From NCBI GenBank assembly GCA_022730455.1, contig DZDI01000002.1:1-59029 (forward strand): 59,029 bases of DNA, given 5' to 3'. Shown in pieces: positions 55,506-59,029 of the stretch. Each line of letters opens with the position of its first letter. The first letter of the stretch is position 1. Origin of the DNA: Phycisphaera mikurensis (GTDB lineage Bacteria; Planctomycetota; Phycisphaerae; WQYP01). Made by a program: the position numbers and the translations under genes. The notes under the pieces are model-generated. The model was not told the origin of the DNA and did no database searches. It saw nothing but the letters and a program-made list of their open reading frames with translations.

Positions 55506-56840
55506 ATGCCCACGGCCGCGGATGTTATCCAACCACCGGCTCAGACAACAGGCGGCAGGAACAATACCGTCCAATGGCATGGCCGACTGAACCTCGACTC
55601 CGTCGCCATGTTCCGATACGCCGTCATCGGGGGGCAGTCGCTCATTGTGCTCGCATCCTGGTTTATCAGCGGCTGGCAGGTATTTTATTTTCCAGTGGTG
55701 TTGATTCTGGCATTTGAGGGCATCGAGAACGTGGTGCTCCTGATACCGGCTCGGACCCGCAGTTTCATGCAGGCCCCGGCGGCTGTGGGCATCCTGCTAT
55801 TGAGTGATATTGTACTGCTGACCGTCATTTTGCTGTTTTCCGGCGACGCGATGAACCCTTCCACCATCTTTTACCTCGTCGAGCTTGTCGCGATTGCCGT
55901 CCTTTGGGGAGGCATATGGACATGGTTTACGGCCGGCATGTGTATGTGCTGCTATGGAATGCTTTTCTTTCTGCCCGGCATGGCAGCAGGGAATACGCCA
56001 CCGAGTATGGGCAGCGGTGATATGCGGCTCCATCTCATTGGGATGCTTGTGTGTTTTGTCATCGCGGCCATATGCATCGCATCTCTCATTACCCTGCTTC
56101 AGCGCGACCAGCACCGTCTTAACTGCGAGCTGGCTGAGATTCGTGATAAAACGCGCAGAATGGAGGCGTTCACCTCCCTGACGGCCCTTGCCGCTGGTGC
56201 CGCGCATGATCTGGCCACGCCGCTAAGCACCATTGCCGTCGCCGTTGGCGAAATGAGCCACGAAATGCAGCAGCTCGCCATCCCAGCCCATCTCGCTGCC
56301 GACGTCGAACTGATTCAATCGCAGATTGATCGATGCCGATCTATTCTGGATCAGATGAATCCGACCGGCCACGATCAACGCCCCATTGAGAATATCGAAC
56401 TGACGGAGTTAATACACACCCTCATTGAAAACCTGCCATCCGAATTCGCCCACCGGGTGCTGACGTTTATCGGCGAAGACGGTAAATATCGGCTTCCGGT
56501 CCGCCGGTTATTGCAAGGACTTACGGCCATGGTGCATAACGCCATTGAAGCCTCTCCGCCGGATCGTGTCGTTGAGATTCACACACGTCGGTCGGCGCAC
56601 AATCTTATCTTTAGTATCATCGATTCAGGCACAGGCGTTCCAGCTGGCGTGGTTGACCGCGTGGGAGAGCCGTTTTTTTCTACCAAACCAACCGGCAGGG
56701 GGATGGGGCTTTTTCTCGCGCGGCAGTTAGCCTTTCAATACGGTGGCCGATTGACCTTGACCAATCGCCTAGGAGGGGGTGCACTAGCGGAATTGGAGTT
56801 TCCGCTTACTCAAATTATGGTACCTCACGATGCACAGTAA
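55506..56840 (+). CDS. Membrane sensor histidine kinase, RegB/PrrB-like
   Basis: Six N-terminal TM helices, H-box AAGAAHDLATPLSTIAV, and the ATP-binding motifs IIDSGTGVP and STKPTGRGMGLFLARQ. Confidence 0.8.
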   Translation: MPTAADVIQPPAQTTGGRNNTVQWHGRLNLDSVAMFRYAVIGGQSLIVLASWFISGWQVFYFPVVLILAFEGIENVVLLIPARTRSFMQAPAAVGILLLSDIVLLTVILLFSGDAMNPSTIFYLVELVAIAVLWGGIWTWFTAGMCMCCYGMLFFLPGMAAGNTPPSMGSGDMRLHLIGMLVCFVIAAICIASLITLLQRDQHRLNCELAEIRDKTRRMEAFTSLTALAAGAAHDLATPLSTIAVAVGEMSHEMQQLAIPAHLAADVELIQSQIDRCRSILDQMNPTGHDQRPIENIELTELIHTLIENLPSEFAHRVLTFIGEDGKYRLPVRRLLQGLTAMVHNAIEASPPDRVVEIHTRRSAHNLIFSIIDSGTGVPAGVVDRVGEPFFSTKPTGRGMGLFLARQLAFQYGGRLTLTNRLGGGALAELEFPLTQIMVPHDAQ

Positions 56841-57408
56841 TCTTAAATTGAAGGAAGAAAAAACTCTGCACTCAGACCGGACTATATTGGTCGTAGATGA
56901 TGACGCCATGTTTCGTGATCGCGTGGTCAGGGCCCTGGCTAATCGTGGTTACCGCGCCTTTGGCGCGTCGGGTATGCGCGATGCCGTCGCACAGGCGCAG
57001 TCCATTTCGCCAGACTGTATTTTTCTCGACCTGCGCCTGGGAGATAAAAATGGTCTCGATGTGCTGCCGGAAATCAAACGGGCTGCCCCGCAGGCACGGA
57101 TAATAATTCTGACCGGCTATGGAAGCATTGCAACCGCAGTTACCGCTTTGCAGCACGGCGCCGCAGATTACCTGACCAAGCCGGTAAATATTGAACAAAT
57201 AATAACCTATGCGGGTGGTACCAAAACGGGCATGCCTGCGGCGAGCCAGCCTTATTCCATCCCGCCCCTGGATCGCGTCGAGTGGGAACACATCCATCGC
57301 GTTCTGCAGGATTGTGATGGCAACATCAGTCGTGCCGCGGCGGTGCTTGGTATCCACCGCCGATCTCTTCAACGCAAGCTGGCCAAGCGGCCATTCCCGA
57401 CAAAATAA
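56830..57408 (+). CDS. Response regulator, RegA/PrrA/ActR-like (receiver + Fis-type HTH)
   Basis: ILVVDDD...DCIFLDLRLGD...LTKP receiver domain. The C-terminal GNISRAAAVLGIHRRSLQRKL is typical of the RegA family. Confidence 0.85.
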   Translation: MHSNLKLKEEKTLHSDRTILVVDDDAMFRDRVVRALANRGYRAFGASGMRDAVAQAQSISPDCIFLDLRLGDKNGLDVLPEIKRAAPQARIIILTGYGSIATAVTALQHGAADYLTKPVNIEQIITYAGGTKTGMPAASQPYSIPPLDRVEWEHIHRVLQDCDGNISRAAAVLGIHRRSLQRKLAKRPFPTK

Positions 57409-57575
57409 AACCTTTGGGTTGCGACAAATTGCCGCATTGAAGCAGTCATGCCGATCAGCAACAATGATTCACGTGCAACGCCATCGCAGCGGCGTTGGAG
57501 AATATTGGCGCTATACCGTGGTGGTATCGGCAATGGCCACTGAAATATGGGCTGCATACGAAGAGGCCGGTTCTC

Positions 57576-58877
57576 ATGTCAACAAGTCTGTCGCGTTTCC
57601 CGGCATCCGTAGTAAATGAATGCAGGTTGGCTCTCCGCCGACTTGTCGCGGTCTTCGCGGTGGCCGCCTTTACCATTTCGCCGCTGGTGGCTGCGGCCGC
57701 CACGCCAACGGCCTGCGTGCGCTGGACGGTCAACGTGGGCCAGCCGATTTACAACCCACCGCGTGTGCGGGATGGCGTGGTTTACCTTGACACGGTACAG
57801 GCGGGCGGCCCCAACGTATTCGCCGTACAAGACGGTAAAATACTCTGGAAATACCCCACCGATGGCGCCATCGCGATACCCGTAACCCTAGGCAGGTCCC
57901 AGTTGTTTGTGGCATCGGATATCGGATCCACGCATTTTATGCGGGCTTTGGACATCAAAACAGGTCAGTTGATTTGGGATTATACCCGTCACCATCCACC
58001 CGAGTGCATGTGCAGTCATGTGAGTCATTACCTTCGGCATCTCCTTTTTGCGGAGACTGATGGACATTCACTCTATGCCCTTGATCCGCAGAAGAATATT
58101 CCGGCTCGACGTCTGTGGGTATTCTTCGGGGATGGGGCCAAACTCACTGCGCCGGTGGTCGCGGGCGGTGTGGTGCTGTTCGGTTCTGCCGATCACTGCC
58201 TCTACGCACTGCAGGCCACATCAGGAAGCGTACTGTGGAAAAGGAATACCGGTTACAGTTTTGTGGCCCAGCCCGCTGTAGCCGGAAGTGTTGTGATCGC
58301 TGGTGATCGCGGAGGTAATATGTTTGCCTGTGCGGTGGCTACCGGAAAAACTCTTTGGACGGCGGCTGCTAACGGGCCCATTGATGTCGCTCCGGTGATT
58401 TACCATTCCAAGGCATTTATCGCTGCTGGGGCTGGTGATCGAGGCATATATGCCTTGTCCGTGTCGACCGGCAGGCAACTCTGGTATCACCAGATGGCTG
58501 ATTACACGAATTACGCCCCCGTTATTCTGGATAAAGCGCTAATCGTTGCCTCTCGTGATGGAAATGCCTTGGGGATTGATCCCGGTAACGGCCAGATATT
58601 GTGGACAACTGATCTGCATGGCGTGCCATTTTCAAGGCCGGTAGTCGATGGCAACGCGGTGGTCATCAAGGTGGGTGATCATCGCCTTGTGAGTATCCGT
58701 GCCCGGACGGGGCAAGTTCTGTGGTCCTACCATACCGCGTCGGTCATCACTTCCCCAGTGGTGGAGAGCCGTCAATCGACAGACGTCAAAACCTCAACGC
58801 CCGTCACGGTCTACATCGGTACCAGTATGGGCAAAGTGCTCGCATTGGAGGGCACTCATGGTCATGGGGCGGGGTAA
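57576..58877 (+). CDS. PQQ-like beta-propeller repeat protein (BamB-like fold)
   Basis: Signal peptide, then repeated ...G.ILW...A.DG.LYAL...TG..LW... blades through the whole protein. Confidence 0.8.
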   Translation: MSTSLSRFPASVVNECRLALRRLVAVFAVAAFTISPLVAAAATPTACVRWTVNVGQPIYNPPRVRDGVVYLDTVQAGGPNVFAVQDGKILWKYPTDGAIAIPVTLGRSQLFVASDIGSTHFMRALDIKTGQLIWDYTRHHPPECMCSHVSHYLRHLLFAETDGHSLYALDPQKNIPARRLWVFFGDGAKLTAPVVAGGVVLFGSADHCLYALQATSGSVLWKRNTGYSFVAQPAVAGSVVIAGDRGGNMFACAVATGKTLWTAAANGPIDVAPVIYHSKAFIAAGAGDRGIYALSVSTGRQLWYHQMADYTNYAPVILDKALIVASRDGNALGIDPGNGQILWTTDLHGVPFSRPVVDGNAVVIKVGDHRLVSIRARTGQVLWSYHTASVITSPVVESRQSTDVKTSTPVTVYIGTSMGKVLALEGTHGHGAG

Positions 58878-59029
58878 GTCGAACCTTCATCGGTGCCAAG
58901 CATTTGACATTGTATAACTTTGTCTTACAATGTATAACCATTACCGCCGCGGTACGCATTAAAGATGGCCGAAATATTGTAACCGTTCACGGGTAAAAAA
59001 TGGCCAAAGAAATGAAATTCAACTGATAT

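Overview
The window is 59 kb of bacterial chromosome, read by eye from the sequence and the supplied ORF track; no database search was run, so family names rest on motifs I recognise. The gene content points to Planctomycetota or a relative. It has PEP-CTERM proteins, a DUF1559 prepilin-like protein with the H-X9-DG tail, a futalosine-pathway radical SAM next to a polyprenyl synthase, and a RegB/RegA-type two-component pair. Clear housekeeping genes are acpS, rplU, efp, folC, hflX, trpE, cydAB, rsmB, glutamate decarboxylase, a deoxyhypusine-synthase homologue, a XerC/D-type recombinase and two tRNA-Glu genes. I found no rRNA, CRISPR array or transposase. Accessory content sits between the housekeeping genes: (1) Two copies of a tightly coupled gene order, TIGR04255-like protein, then a 130-140 aa protein, then a toxin domain (Fic at 69-1820, PIN at 23378-24979). 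This is my best candidate for an undescribed multi-component toxin-antitoxin or defence architecture. (2) Three separate, complementary phage morphogenesis fragments: a head-tail joining module at 3050-5112; a ParB / ABC-GNAT / TerS / TerL packaging module at 13463-16769; and an orphan HK97-type capsid gene at 30703-32055. (3) A translationally coupled operon of halogenase, ketosynthase, CLF-like protein and KamA-family radical SAM (50728-55283). It is transcribed divergently from three highly divergent NuoL/M/N-like antiporter subunits (45694-50705). (4) Several dispersed intergenic repeat families. One is a ~175-nt unit carrying 8-bp hairpins with a conserved ATAAA/TTTAT loop and compensatory stem changes, and it brackets two accessory gene modules next to the recombinase. 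(5) A ~970-nt stretch (7921-8890) with no convincing ORF, a near-consensus promoter and nested palindromes, which may be a structured RNA or a long leader.
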